Shown here: positions 10,778-23,829 of the stretch, in pieces | Layout of the letters: each line of letters opens with the position of its first letter | Numbering within the stretch: position 1 is the stretch's first letter | Assembly: GCA_047495785.1 (NCBI GenBank) | Contig: JBLDXI010000032.1 | Span: forward strand, 2,232,001 to 2,296,000 | DNA: 64,000 bases | Origin: Lepidodermella squamata | Taxonomy: Eukaryota > Animalia > Gastrotricha | Direction of reading: 5' to 3' | The notes under the pieces: generated by a model | The model's database searches: none | What the model saw: the letters and a program-made list of their open reading frames with translations, nothing else | Told to the model about the DNA's origin: nothing | Made by a program: the position numbers and the translations under genes

Positions 10778-13007
10778 CTACTGAACAATCAAGCGATCAG
10801 CTCCGAATCCACCTTTATTAGCCCGAGTCTGGGCTCCAGCTTGTGCCGCGCCGGCGTTGCTCGCCGAAAGTGGGCTGGTTCGAACTTTGGCCTCTACCAA
10901 CTTCATAATTTCGCGCCATAGACGGACTTGTTTTACAGCCGCTTCACCGCCAGCCCCGCCCAATTCATGCTGCTGCTCGCGGAGAAGTCGACTCAACTGC
11001 TCGGCCTCCCCGATTCGGCGTGACATAATCTCACGGAAACTCTTCTTCCTCTCCTGCGGATCAGCCGACGTCAAACACCGCATTTCATCAGCAATTCGTT
11101 GCTGGTTAACCTCCAGCTGCTGCAAATGCGTGTTGTAATTGTAAAATTTGCCTTGTTCGTTGAGAAGTTGCTCCCGTAGCCGGCCGACCTCTTGTTCCAG
11201 CCGCGCCCAATTGCCAGCAGCACTTGCCGCAGCCGAGTCATAGCCGGTTTTCCGCTCGGCGTGAAGCGCCGACAACTCCTGAACAGCCTGGCGAAGAGGC
11301 CGGACTTCTTTCAGCATCGGCGCTAGAGAAGCTTTCTTCTCAGCGATTCGGGCGTTCAATCGCTTGACCAAATCGGCCATATCTGACAGGGCTTTACCTT
11401 TACCCTCATCGACGTCGGCCTTTTTCGACGAAACAGTCTCGAGACGCTCTTGAGTAGCCCTCGCCCCAGCAACGCCGCGGTTCGATTCAGCCATAGATAG
11501 GTGATTACCCGCGTCGTCATCGCGCTGTTTCAGAATTTCAAGAGTACGAGTCAAAATTCCGAGTTCCGAAATTTGTTCCTGTACTATCGCTCGTTTCGAT
11601 CGGAAATCAGCGTTTTTCACTTTCAGTTTCCCGGCATAAGAGCGGAGTTCTTCCTCGGTACGGCCAACGTATTGTTTAGGCGCTGAGGTTGTGTTAACAG
11701 ATCGTTGCGGCACGTTATCGCCCGCATTAGCATTCGCCTGTTGCGCTTTAGCATTTGACTCGGCTTCCAGCGCAGCAGCTTCCTGGCGCAGTTCGAGGAG
11801 ACGGCTAGCGACAGACTCTCGCTTAGCCGCAACTACGGTCGCCTGTTGTCGGAAAACACTCAACTGCTGCTCCTGTGAATCAGCGGCTAAGCGCTGCTCG
11901 ACCAGCCGGTTTAGATCAGCAGCGGCCTCAGAGACGCGACTTCGAAGTGCGCCGACATCGCTCGCCCCAACAGCCGGTTCATTCGCCATTTGTTGGAGGG
12001 AACGAAGCCTTCGTTTAGCCAGAGTGACTTCTTTCGGCAAGTCATGCTCGGCTAACGCGGCGTTAGCTGCCACGCTTTGTTCCAGCCGGTCTAGGAGCCG
12101 CTGAGCCCCGGCCCCAGCATTAGCTTGCCTAGCCTCGCTCAGCTGTTGACGAGTTCGATGGACCCTTTGCTCGAGATGGGACATTGCAGATCGTAACGTC
12201 GCTTTTTGCTGATTAATCTGCGCTTCTTTGTCTCGTTCTTGACGCACAGCACGGGCTAGTTCAAGCAGTTTCCCAGCTCCCTCAACCCCGGCTCGGTGGT
12301 TATTAGCCTTTTGCTTCAACCGTTCAACACGCCGAGCGACTTGCTCACGTTCTTGCTCCATGTTTTCAATGTCAGTTCGAACCTCCTGGGTACTTTCGCC
12401 AGCCCGTCGAAATTCGTCCAGTTGCGAGTGGATGTCTTTGAAGTCGGCTAGCGCTGATTCATACTCGGCGTTGAGTGCGGCTAATTCGTCGTCTTGCAAA
12501 AGCTCGATTGGCACGTCAATTTTTCGCAGGAAATGGCCGAGATAGGCTCGCGTTTTCACGTCTTGCATGTTTTGGAGCAGCCATTCAAGCAGCGGGTAAA
12601 CGTGAGATTTCTCGCCCAAAACCAAGCCCTGCCGAAAAGCATTCCTAAAATTTCAAAATATTATCAATTTTGGTTATATTAGTTGAAAAATGATCTTACA
12701 TAGCTTCAGGACCATCGACTCCAGCCGGCTGATATCGCAATATCTGCAAAAGTTGCATGACTCGAACAGCAGTTTGCCCGGCATTTTCCTGCCGAATATC
12801 CACCTTATGCTGAAAATAATATATATTTTATCAATTTATTATCAATTATTATAAGAATCATACCCGGGCATCGACTTCACCGATGACATCATTCAAAATT
12901 TGAAGCAGCTGATTATTGTCCAGAGCATCGAAAGTGATCAAATTGTAGCTTTTGTTGAACGGTGGTTTGTTCAAAGCATCAACGATCGAGCGAATCTGCT
13001 CAGACAT
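10778..13007 (-). CDS. IFT81: Intraflagellar transport protein 81
   Basis: [30 protein letters not shown]-terminus, [16 protein letters not shown], long coiled coil, [14 protein letters not shown]-terminal DRLIV. Confidence 0.95.
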
Positions 13008-13273
13008 GATTAAAATGCGTCTAAAATCATTTAAAATACAAGTTATCTACCACCACTTTATTACCACAAGGACAACTGGTGTCGCAAAGACTTGGCTATA
13101 AAGCGGTGTTTCACAATGGCTTCGAAAAAATGATAAAAAAAGTGTCGAGTATTTTGCGTAATAAGCACGTAAATAGCGACCAATACGAATGAGCATAATT
13201 ATTAGTTGGCTAAGCTTCATCATCAACAAAAAATGAGCAGTAGTGAACTTGAGGTAGTTAAAGGTACAGAATA

Positions 13274-15283
13274 TCATCTGTCAGCTATTGCCTCCGCGCT
13301 ACCGCTGACTTGAACATTTCCATCTGCCGCTGATATTGCTTGATTTGGTCCTCCAAAGTAGCTATCATCCGAACATGATCAGCCCGAATACGAGTCAATT
13401 CTCGATTTCTCGATTGTTCTGTAAAAATCAGCAATTTTCACAAGTGCAATGTGGTTTTCTTCAAAAAATGTGCCACGCAAGAAAGCTCGTTTGAGAATTT
13501 AGATTGAGAATCACTCAGTAAAAGGTGAAAAAGTGAAAATGTATAAATTGTCCGCCTGTTAATACGACATTTCTTGATTTCCTTATTTAAATATCAATAA
13601 CAACAGTAAAATTAATATATCCCACAAATATCAATGTGCCTTACCTTCCTGCAGCTGAGTCTTGACTTTCTCCAAAATATCTTCCACATCATCACATCTT
13701 CGCTTTTTGTCATCCATCAATCGGTTAATTGTATTTTGCCGCATATTCAGTTCTCTTCCCAAATCGTTGACCATTTTCCGAGTTGATTCATCAGCTGTGG
13801 CCATTTTAGCATCACAGGCTAACAGCGTAATTCGAGAATCCTCTTCAGCTGCTTTCACCTTGTAACGATATTGCATTTCAATTTCGATGCACCTTTCTTT
13901 TGCTTCGGTCAACTCCCGCTCAATGTCGGTGCGTTCCTTGCAACACTTGCCGTGTTCTTCGCTCAATAGAGCGACTTGTCGCTGTAATTCATCGATTCGA
14001 GACTGTTTAACGTGAATATCGCTACTACATCGTTCGGACAGTTTCGACAGGGCTAGTTCGAGTTTCTCAACTTTCAGCAGCAACTGCTGCTTGACAAATA
14101 AAGCTTCGTCTCTAGCGCACTCAGCAGCAGCTGCCCGACGAATCGCCTCCGATTTTTCCGCTACATCAGTTTGAGTGGAATTAGCGATACTAGTGTGTAG
14201 CTGCTCATACATTGCATCAACATTTCGGTAGTCTCGCTGAAGCTGCTCATATTTCAGGCGCCATTCCGTCAAGTCCAAATTGAGGCGATCATTGTCTGAT
14301 TTACAGGCGTCCAAATCTTGTTGCATGGAATGCCTTGCTCGTTCAACTTCGGCTTGAACTCGCTCTGAACACTCGCGAAGTATTATCGTTAAATTTTTCT
14401 CCGTTTCACGCTCTTTTTCCGCTGCTCTACCCAGCTCGGCACAAACTGAGCTGTGTTCTATGGACAGTTCTGAATACAACTTCTCCGTCTCCTTCAGTTG
14501 CAACAGCAGAGACATGTTCTCGCGATCCAAAGCTTGCATTTTGTTTTGTAAATGTTCTATCAGCTTATGGGCCTGATCTCTCTCATGAGTGACGGCAGTT
14601 GCCTGTTCGAGGGCCATGTCCGCGCACTTTTTCAGTTCGCTAGCCTGAGATCTCGCGTCAGCCAATTCGGAGGCCTGCCTTTTCAAGGCGCCTTCGCAGT
14701 TTAACAAATCGTTCTTCGACTTTTCGAAGGCAGAGCAGCACGTGACAAGGCGTTGCGAGAGCTCGATTATATCATTTTCGCGGTCAACAAGTTGTTCAGA
14801 TTTCTGTTGAAGCTCACAATTAACAGACTGAAGCTGAGCCTTCAGAGCAGAATACATGGATTCCAAGTTTTTAAGCTTTTCCAAAAGTATCTTACAAGGA
14901 TCGTCAGGAGTGATTTGGCGATTCTGTAAGTAGTTAATGACGTCATCGGCTCTATTTCGCTCATTTTGAATATTTGTGCGCAGTTTAATGAGTAGCTCCA
15001 CAACATTTATCACCGTGTTTCCTGCTGATGCGTCAATTTTAAGGAAGCTTGACATTCCTTCTTGAAGTATGACACGCTCTTCATTGGAAAAGCTTTGCAG
15101 CTTGTTGAGAATGTCAAAAAGCTTAGCGAATATAACATGAAACATTTCATTGATTTGAAATGGGTCGATGTCTCCATCGAGATTTCTAACATTGCCGCTT
15201 TCTTCTGCTATGCCTCGACTGGAGCAAATACGCTTGAATTCGTTGAAAAGATTCAGCAACTGACTTGTTTCGCTGTCACCCAT
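13274..15283 (-). CDS. SCLT1: Coiled-coil protein resembling SCLT1 (centriole distal appendage), exons about 15283-13645 and 13418-13274
   Basis: C-terminal half aligns by eye with SCLT1 as I recall it (ECSERVQAEVERAR, AECARDEA, ADESTRKMVNDL...NRL, ILEKVKTQLQEEQSRNREL). Coiled-coil similarity can mislead. Confidence 0.6.
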
Positions 15284-15421
15284 TATCTTCTAAAATTCTA
15301 AGCGCAATTTAATCACTAGAAACAAGAGCAACATTAATTATTAAAATCAAAGTGCTGAGGTAATTTCTTAATGTGAATTTCTTAAGATAGTTTAGCTTTG
15401 GCAACTTTGATACAGCCCTCA

Positions 15422-15436
15422 ATTACCATAGGAAAC
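15422..15436 (-). promoter_or_regulatory. RFX X-box-like element upstream of the SCLT1-IFT81 cluster
   Basis: Minus strand GTTTCC-TAT-GGTAAT, about 140 bp upstream of the SCLT1 ATG. A second half-site GGCAAC lies at about 15400. Confidence 0.55.
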
Positions 15437-16068
15437 GTGAATAGGAACGCAATTACAAACAAATATCAACAGTAACATCTTTCGGGCGTGGCAGAGCCTA
15501 AAGAAGGGATTTCATGCGCAACTTGAGCCAGCCACAAAAGGGATCGAAATTAAAAATGGCAAAATACGCGGTACGAAAACTATTTTCCATTCGCCGGAGC
15601 GGTCTGCTGCGAAAAAACCACTTTTCATTAAACATTATCACGGTCTCAAGCCTCAAGCCAAAAGTCATCACGATCGGTAAGTACTTCGGTTCATCATGGA
15701 AAAAATCCTATAAACATACAAATTTAGCACAAGAAAAACCTGGGGTATTGGATAGAAATTAATAGTACATGGAACATATATTTAAGCAATCGCCGAAAGT
15801 TCCTCTTAAATGCGAGAGCTGGGGACTGAATGGCCAACGGCAACTCAAAACAAGAAACTAAAGACGCGTAAATAACAAATTCTGTCCAATATTTAATATC
15901 TAAAATAATCCATTTACACGCAGAATTACTTTTATTGCCGTGAAAATGTAAAAACTAATGATTATTTTGAAACTCGAGATAACAGCTGATTGGTGCCAGG
16001 TAATCCACGTTGCACATGCACTTGAAAGGTTTTTAAAACCTGGCTGTTTTCTTTCAGGAGAGAGATGC

Positions 16069-16076
16069 TGACGTGG
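16069..16076 (+). promoter_or_regulatory. UPRE (XBP1/ATF6-type) element upstream of PDIA4
   Basis: TGACGTGG in context GCTGACGTGGC, followed by TATAAG. A CCACG and an ATTGG box lie at about 15989-16009. It sits upstream of a canonical UPR target. Confidence 0.6.
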
Positions 16077-16451
16077 CGTTATAAGAAGGGTCTCGAACCT
16101 TGGTAGTTACTTCAAGCTACTTGCCGGGGCTCTCGACCGGCTTATTTATGCCCATCATTAACTCAGTACTTGAAGTTAAATAGCGGGGAATAGCTGAGAG
16201 AATGTTATTACTCTTCTGTCACTTCTTAATTTATTAAACCTGATAGGTGATAGTCTCTCATTGATGTTTAGATTTTTGCTCAGTTGTTAGTTAGTTGTGT
16301 TGATTAGTGATTTTTTCTTGAAACATTAAGAATACTAACCATAGCATTATGCCTGATGTGTGAGAAATGGTAGATAAATTTCATCCTACTGCCTACTGCG
16401 CATTGTTATTCTCTCGATCATCTGATATCTCTATTTAGATCTGATGAAATC

Positions 16452-18476
16452 ATGACTTCATTAAAAAGATTGATAATATTCGCCGCAGTTTTCGCGTCAG
16501 CTTTCAGTGACGAGACTACCCCCACTGTTGAGAAGGGTGTATATGTTTTGACGACAAAGAATTTTGACAGCTTCATTCAGGAGCATCCTTTCGCCTTCGT
16601 TGAATTTTATGCACCTTGGTGTGGTCACTGCAAGGTATGCTTTGAAATTTGAAACTGATGAAATATCCATGTTACATTGATTAAAATTTCAGTCATTGGC
16701 ACCGAAATGGGAGGCTGTGGCAAATCAGATCAAAGATAGGAAGTTCGGAGACAAATCTGTTGTCCTCGCCAAGGTTGATGCCACCGTTGAGACTGAGTTG
16801 GGCACTCGTTTTGAGGTGCAAGGATACCCCACTCTCAAGTGGTTCCGCGACGGACAGGCGAGCGAATTCGATGGCTCTGGCCGCGAGGAGAGCGACCTTA
16901 TTTCCTTCATCGAAGAGCACGCAGACCCCAACTGGCAACCACCAAAGAGCAAAGTCGTCGATCTCACCGGAGCCAACTTCACCGAGTTTATCGAGAATCA
17001 TGACATTTCCTTGGTTGAATTCTACGCACCTTGGTGTGGTCATTGCAAACGTTTGGCACCGGAATACGAGAAGGCTGCCCGTAAGCTCAGCGAGCGCCCA
17101 ACCGGAGCTCCCATTCCTTTGGCTAAGGTCGATGCTACGGCCGCTGAAAACACTGATTTGGCGAAGCAATATGACGTTACTGGCTACCCGACACTGAAAG
17201 TTTTCCGTCAAGGTCGTGTTTTTGATTTCAAGTCAAAGGGGGCTCCGGATGAACATTCGATCGTCGCGTACATGGAAAAGCAAGCGCAACCTGCTAGCTT
17301 GAAGATTGTCGACAAAAACAACTTTAAGAAATCAGTCGAGAGCTCAGTTGAGGATATGGTCGTTGTTGGATTTTTCGAATCTGAGACCGATAAATTCTAC
17401 CAAACCTACATTGAAGCTGCCAACGAAATGCGCGACGATGACTTCAAGTTCTTCCATGTTATTGGCCGTGAGGCATGGAAAGACTACGATGTGTCGAAGC
17501 CTCTAGTCGCTATCTACGTGCCAACTCGTTTCCAGACCAAGTACGAACCTAAGCGCCATGAATTTACCACTGCCGATGCCAAGCGATCGGAAATTGTCGC
17601 TTTCATTCAAGCAAACTCGGTTCCCCTCGTTGGCCATTACAACTCGAATACTCGCGAGAAGAGGTACAACACCAGGCGTCCGCTTTGCCTGTTCTTCTAC
17701 TCGGTCGATTTCTCGCACGAATATCGTGACACCACCCAGATGTGGCGTCGCAAGGTCGCCGATATTGCCAACGACTTCCGTGATATTACCTTCGCTATTG
17801 CCAACGACGAAGAGTTCGAAAGCGTTATGCGCGAAATGGGCCTCGAAGACTCGAGCGAAGAAATCAACGTCGCCTGCTACGATTCTAAGGGTACCAAATT
17901 CCCTCTTGATCCTCCGATGGAGGAATGGAGTGACAAACACGTCCGAAGCTACCTGAACAAGATGAAAAAGGGTCAACTGAAACCTTTCTTCAAATCTCAA
18001 CCCGTCCCGGCGAAGGGCAAGGATAAAGATGGCCAGGTCACTATTGTTGTGGGCAAAACTTTCAACGATATCGTCATGAACTCTGACAAGGATGTCTTGG
18101 TCTTCATTCACGCGCCTTGGTGTGGCCATTGCAAGGTTGGTTTAATCGAAATGCTTATTTCCTTCCTTAATTTTTGTGTCTTGTTTTAAAGAACTTTGCT
18201 CCTGAGTACAAGAAGTTGGCCGAGAAGGTCATCCCGAAGGAAGGCAATAATTTGATTATTGCTAAGATCGACGGTACTGGCAACGACCTTCACCCCAGCT
18301 TTACTGCTACAGGCTTCCCGACCATTTACTTCGCGCCAGCTGGTAGCAAAGAGACCCCACACAAGTATGAAGGCTCTCGTACTGTCGACGACATGATCAC
18401 CTTCATGAAGCAGCACTCGACCAAGGCTTTCATCGCCGACAAGAAAACCGACGATTCGAAGAAAGAAGAGCTGTGA
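16452..18476 (+). CDS. PDIA4: Protein disulfide isomerase A4 (ERp72), 3 exons
   Basis: Signal peptide, three APWCGHCK thioredoxin sites (a0-a-b-b'-a'), C-terminal KEEL. Confidence 0.96.
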
Positions 18477-19052
18477 AACAAATCACTCAATTATTATGAC
18501 AAGGACACTTATCAACAGTGCAATCTGCTGAAAATGTCTGATTCTAGGTCGTGATATAATGGCATGCTTATTGTTTAACTTAATATTTATTCACTCATGG
18601 TAGAGTTTTGTTTTGTCGGTGATATCATTTTGTGTTCTTGTTTTTCTGGGCGTTGTCTTGCCGTTTTAATGTGTTGTATTACTAGCCTTTAAAAGCGCTC
18701 AGGTGATCACAACAAAACGAGCCAAAGATGATTACTGTGGTCTTTCTGGGAGCTGTTCTCATTATTGATGCAATGTCATGAGCGTAAACTAAACATCGAA
18801 CGACCTATATATTATCATTCGTTTGCGGAAAAGGGATCGAAACAACTGCCTCTGTTTCACTTTTTTGTTCTGCGTGCATGATTAAAATGAAAGCAACGTA
18901 GGCTTTAATGAACAGCGGCTATTTTTGAACTAGAAATTTTGATTGAATGAAAAGAAAGAAATCGAGCGAACATGACTTGAGAAAGACAGCAGCCAGATAG
19001 AAGCTACCCATTCATCATCAACATCAAAACATCCCGTACTTCCAAAACCAGC

Positions 19053-22000
19053 ATGGAACCCACGATTAAACAGCAACACGCTATTGGCGCTTGTGGCTTA
19101 GTGGTGTTCTTCACTTTGTACGGGTAAGGTTGCCGATCATGATTTGAGAAAAGTAATTTAACGCTATTTCGTTTGCAGCGCCTCAGCATCGCTGCTTGTT
19201 TCAATTTTCGTATCGACCCTGGTCATAGTCGTCGGCCTGTTATCGTTCTTTGTCACGTCTTTCATGTTAAGGTGGATTTGACTAATTTTTATCCAATCAC
19301 AAGTTTCGAATGTATGTTTTATTCCAGAATGAATGGAATCGCGTGTCTCCCATCATTTTTCCACCCTGAAACTAAAAAATTACGTTTTCAAATATGGTCT
19401 GGGAAGTACATTCAAGCGTCAAATGACCAAGCGCTTCTGACTTCCCTTACAAAATCGTATTCGCAACTACCCCTGATTCTCGGTGAGCATCGGAAAACGC
19501 CTCTGCCTATCCCAGCCAAAGTTGACGATGCGTTAGAAGGTCAGTGATTATAAAAATTGATTTAATCTAGAATAAATTTCCGATTTCTTAAGAACTGATT
19601 GACGCATTCATCCGGTTTTACATTTGTTCTTGGTACGTCGGCCGAGTAAGCGAGAAGCCTGATTTCATTGAAGAAGTTCGACATTCCCTGGCCTGTGTCT
19701 TGCGATCTCTGTACGAGCTGCTGCTAGATGCGGATATGGCGGGTGTTGTGAGCAACAAAATCGCGCCAATTTTCTTGAAACACCTTTATATCGCAAAAAT
19801 TTATGGGAAGAAGCGAAACGCGCGAAGTGTCTCGGCAGCAAATTTCACGACATCTGAATTATCGCGGCAAATTTTGTCATCCTATTACGCCGGGAAGCGC
19901 GTTCATCCCGCTGCTACTAGCGCCGAAAACGAGGCGTTGTACCTTCGATCGGTTGTCGATATTTTGCTACCGCTTTTATGCCCACCTGAATTGCTGGTTG
20001 TCCCATCGAGTCGATTATTTTTACGTGAAGCTGTCGCCGCAAAATTGCTGTCATTGGTCAATTATTTGGCGAACCCAATTACTGTGAATAAATTACTGTA
20101 TTTATGGGCGAGCCCGGGTCGCAAGTTCCCGGGCAACGTATCAAGTTGGCGATTATTGCTAGCTGACTACGGCTGGCGACGAACTAGAACGACGCCTTTG
20201 CTGTGTTTCTCCCTGCAAGAAATCACCCCGGAACAAAACGCGGCTCCTTCCCAGTTCCACAGTCGACTTTTATACGCGTTTCAACAATTTTTAAGGCGGC
20301 ACGGATCAACCTATCTTGACATCTACATTTTATATCAAGAAATCAGTGAGTTGCCTTTTTTCGAAAATTCCTCCTTAATGAATTATTTTAGCTGTTGAAA
20401 TTATTCCTGTATTTGGCGATGCGCGTCTCTTGGCTTTCGATGCGTCGAAAACAAATCAGTCAGTTCGGAGGAAGCTTTTCAGTAAGATTCATGAGCTGTA
20501 CCGGGCTTATGTCGATCCAAGCGCTCAACGCAGTCCGACTTGTGCCGATATTGCCGATGAGCCGGTCATGGGATCGGATCCTTGTGATAGCGAAGGCGTT
20601 GAACTCGCCGATGCTTGGCGCAGAAGTAACATTTTCTCCTGATTTTCGTTAAATTTTCGCAAATTTAAATGTTGTAGTAAGCTTAGCCGGTCAAGACAGC
20701 CTGGTTGACCCGGATACGGTGACAATTTTCCACCGGATTAAGCAGCACCTGGAAAACCGACTTCAGCCATTGATTTACGAGTTCAATCAAAGCGATTTAG
20801 CCGTGACTGTGTTCAAGAGCATCTCTTCAACCAGTCAGCCACCGGTCCGCGAGGCTCCAACCCGGAAACAGGTCATGGAAAGTTTGACGAAAAGCGCGTA
20901 CAAGTTCAGCGCAACGAACGGCAAATTACTGACCGATTCGAACGGGTCGCTGAATGCTGTCCCGCCGCCTGATGACCAAGACCAGTCGAGTTACCAGCAG
21001 CAGCTATCCGTGCAAACCAGCGGCCATCAGTCGCTGCGAGTGAGTCAAGGAACTCCACCTGCTCGTCAATTGTCGCCGTCTAGCGTTTCAAATGATGGGA
21101 AATGCATTTCGCCGAGTCCGAGTGGTGGCAGTGCGGACACGGCGTACAATTCGTCGGCAATGCAACCATCTTCCTCATCCCTGCTGCAAACTGACATTCC
21201 CGATCTATCAACTTGGCGCGTTTCGATTCCATTCGTCGAGTTCTCGCCGACGAATAAACAGTCGCTAACCGGCTCGCAACAGTCTATTCCGATCTACGTC
21301 GTCTCGGTGAGGCGCGTCGATTTTGTGACCGAAGAAGGAAGTCCTGAAGATGCGGAAAGCGAAGACAATAACCGGTTCTATATGCCAGGAGGTAAAAATT
21401 CGCGTCATAAAATTCTCCTGAAATGTTTGAATTATCCCTCTCAATTTATTTCGCAGCTATATCAAATATAAAGGGTACACTAGTTTTGCTTGAAAAAAAG
21501 CTTTTAACCCTGTCTCGAGGAATGTAGCACGTTTAACTGACAAATATATCTATACTTATTATTTTAGTTGAACCAATACGTAATCAAGACGATGTGTTTC
21601 GTTTGTCTGCTTCATCAGATGAAAATAGAAGGCGCTGTTGGAATGTTCGAAGGTACGTTTTCTCATAAAATTCACAAGCGTGAGTTGCGTGGTAAAGAAA
21701 AAAAAACGAAGCCCGCGGGAGCTTACTTAGATCCGTAACCATGTGCTTTGCCATTCTAATAATCATCAGTTTTAATTTGATTTGGATCAAGGCGTGATTT
21801 GTTGTGCCTAATAACTAATATTGGACTATTTTTTAATCATATAATCACTCGCGTCATCTATCGGTCAACTTTCAATTCACAGTATATTATGTGGGTCAAC
21901 TCAAGTGATTTTATGATTTAAGGGCCAATTAAATACATAATGCTTTGCTTAACTTTCGTTAATAACCTCTCTAACTTGTGTTATTTCAATTTTATTTAAG

Positions 22001-23204
22001 ATATTTGGACCAGTTTTACCTTTTGGAGCAAAAGTTGAAAGAGCGTTATGGCGAGTTGATTGACTCGTCGTTACCACAACGCTCGCGAGTTTTCGTGCTA
22101 TACCGCGAAGATCGAGCTTTCTATGAAAAACGCCGCCGCATGTTTGAGCGCTTCCTTCAATCTCTGTTCGAAAAATCAGAACTCCGCCACAGTCGGCTAC
22201 TTTACAACTTTTTGACTTGTGACGAAGGCTTCAATCAGCGATCACCCGGTGAAAGTAGCATTGGTCGCAAAATTCTGCGTTCAGTTCTCGTAAAATCTGA
22301 GGTAAAGCAAGAATTTCTTTCAATATTTTGAAAATTATCCCTATTGGTTTAGTCTAAGCCGCTAGATGCATTCATGAATGGTTTTCAACAAGTTGCTGAA
22401 GCCACATCGCTGCCAAATACTGCCTCAGGACCCTCGAAAAGCAGAAATAGCAAGTAAGAAAAAATTAAGGAGGAATTTTTAATTTTTAATTTTAATATTT
22501 TACTCAGGCGCACGAAATTTGATAGCGGTCAAGACAATGATTCGGTGCGCTCGTTGACAATTGGTTCGATTTCAACCGATGCTGGGTACTTGTTGGACGA
22601 AAGCAACTTGTATCCGACCGATCCGTCTCAAATTTTCGGTGACAATGCCAAATCGTTGCTTGAAGGTGCCACTTCGCTTGATAGCAGTGAAATCTACCCT
22701 GCCTCGGCGTTTCCCAACGCGATTTACGACCTGATCTCATCTCTTGCTGTTGACGTTGTGTCGAAAAAGGTTGCGAATTACCAGCCGCTGAGTTGCCTCC
22801 TCGATCCTGCCGTTATGATTGGCTCGTTCATTTTCCGAAGCTCTGTCGAACCGCTGATCAAAACCCGCCTACAAAACATGCTGCAAGTAACGTTGAGTGA
22901 AGATAAAGTCGCCGGGTGGGTTAAAATGTTGAAAGATTCGCTGGTTGAAAATTCCGAGGGTAAGCCAAGTGAGCCGGCGACTTGGAATTCGTATCAAAAA
23001 GCTCGCGATCAGGCAACTCGAGCAATGACGCAAGAAGCTGGGGTTCCTGAGGAGATGGCCACCTTAATTGTAGACACCCTGCAAGAACCCATTGCGAATA
23101 AGCAGCTGCTGTACTTGTTACTCGACGCCTTTGTCGAAGAAGTTTGCCCGTCTCTTCGATCTAATGAGCAACCTACTGCTTCCTCTAAAATCCCTAGCAA
23201 GTAA
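19053..23204 (+). CDS. SNX14: Sorting nexin 14-like (TM-PXA-RGS-PX-PXC)
   Basis: N-terminal TM segments. PXA (SWYV...PDFIEEVRHSL, LRSVVDILLPLL), RGS (LYAFQQFLRRHG), PX (DLSTWRVSIPFVE, FYLLEQKLKE), PXC (NKQLLYLLLD). Confidence 0.85.
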
Positions 23205-23829
23205 TTTTCTGTCCTGGTATATAACTATTTTTGTATGCGTAAAATAATAATGATATTGACGGTGCGAAATAATATTGTATGTTGAATTTCCTATATTAAT
23301 GCAATTGACCAGTCGTATTCAGTTTTCGCATCGAAGTGAATGATATTCCTACCGCCTTGTTTCTATCACAGTTTTACCTTGCGCGTTTTAAGTTACTTGG
23401 CTAATTAATTTTCCGGTTTCCTTTTTATTACAACATCTTTTTCGCTGTATTAATCGAAATATCAGAAGTTTCTCGAAAATGCAGTAATTCCTATTTTTGT
23501 TGAAAATATTGTGGAAATAACTATGGAGCATGTTCCTGTGATACGCAATACTGTCTAATTATAACTATGACAAACTAATTTTTGTTGTCGAGGAAACTAA
23601 ATTTTTGTGACTCGGGCTGCGTTGTTTCACGGCCGATGTTTTAATATTGTCTTTTACTTCTTCTGTTTTCTGGCTTTGTTTTATCATGCATTGGAGCTAA
23701 GTAATTTCAAATAATGGTTTCTGGAGAAATAATGAACTTCTGATGCAGTAATTTTGATGGAAAGAATTAATATAAAAAGATGTTTTCTATTATTTCAACT
23801 TGTTTTATTGTAACGGTGTAGGTTGAATT

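Noticed and set aside
15989-16009. Canonical ERSE / ERSE-II
   Set aside because: The spacing is ATTGG-N11-CCACG, matching neither CCAAT-N9-CCACG nor ATTGG-N-CCACG. Only the UPRE was kept.
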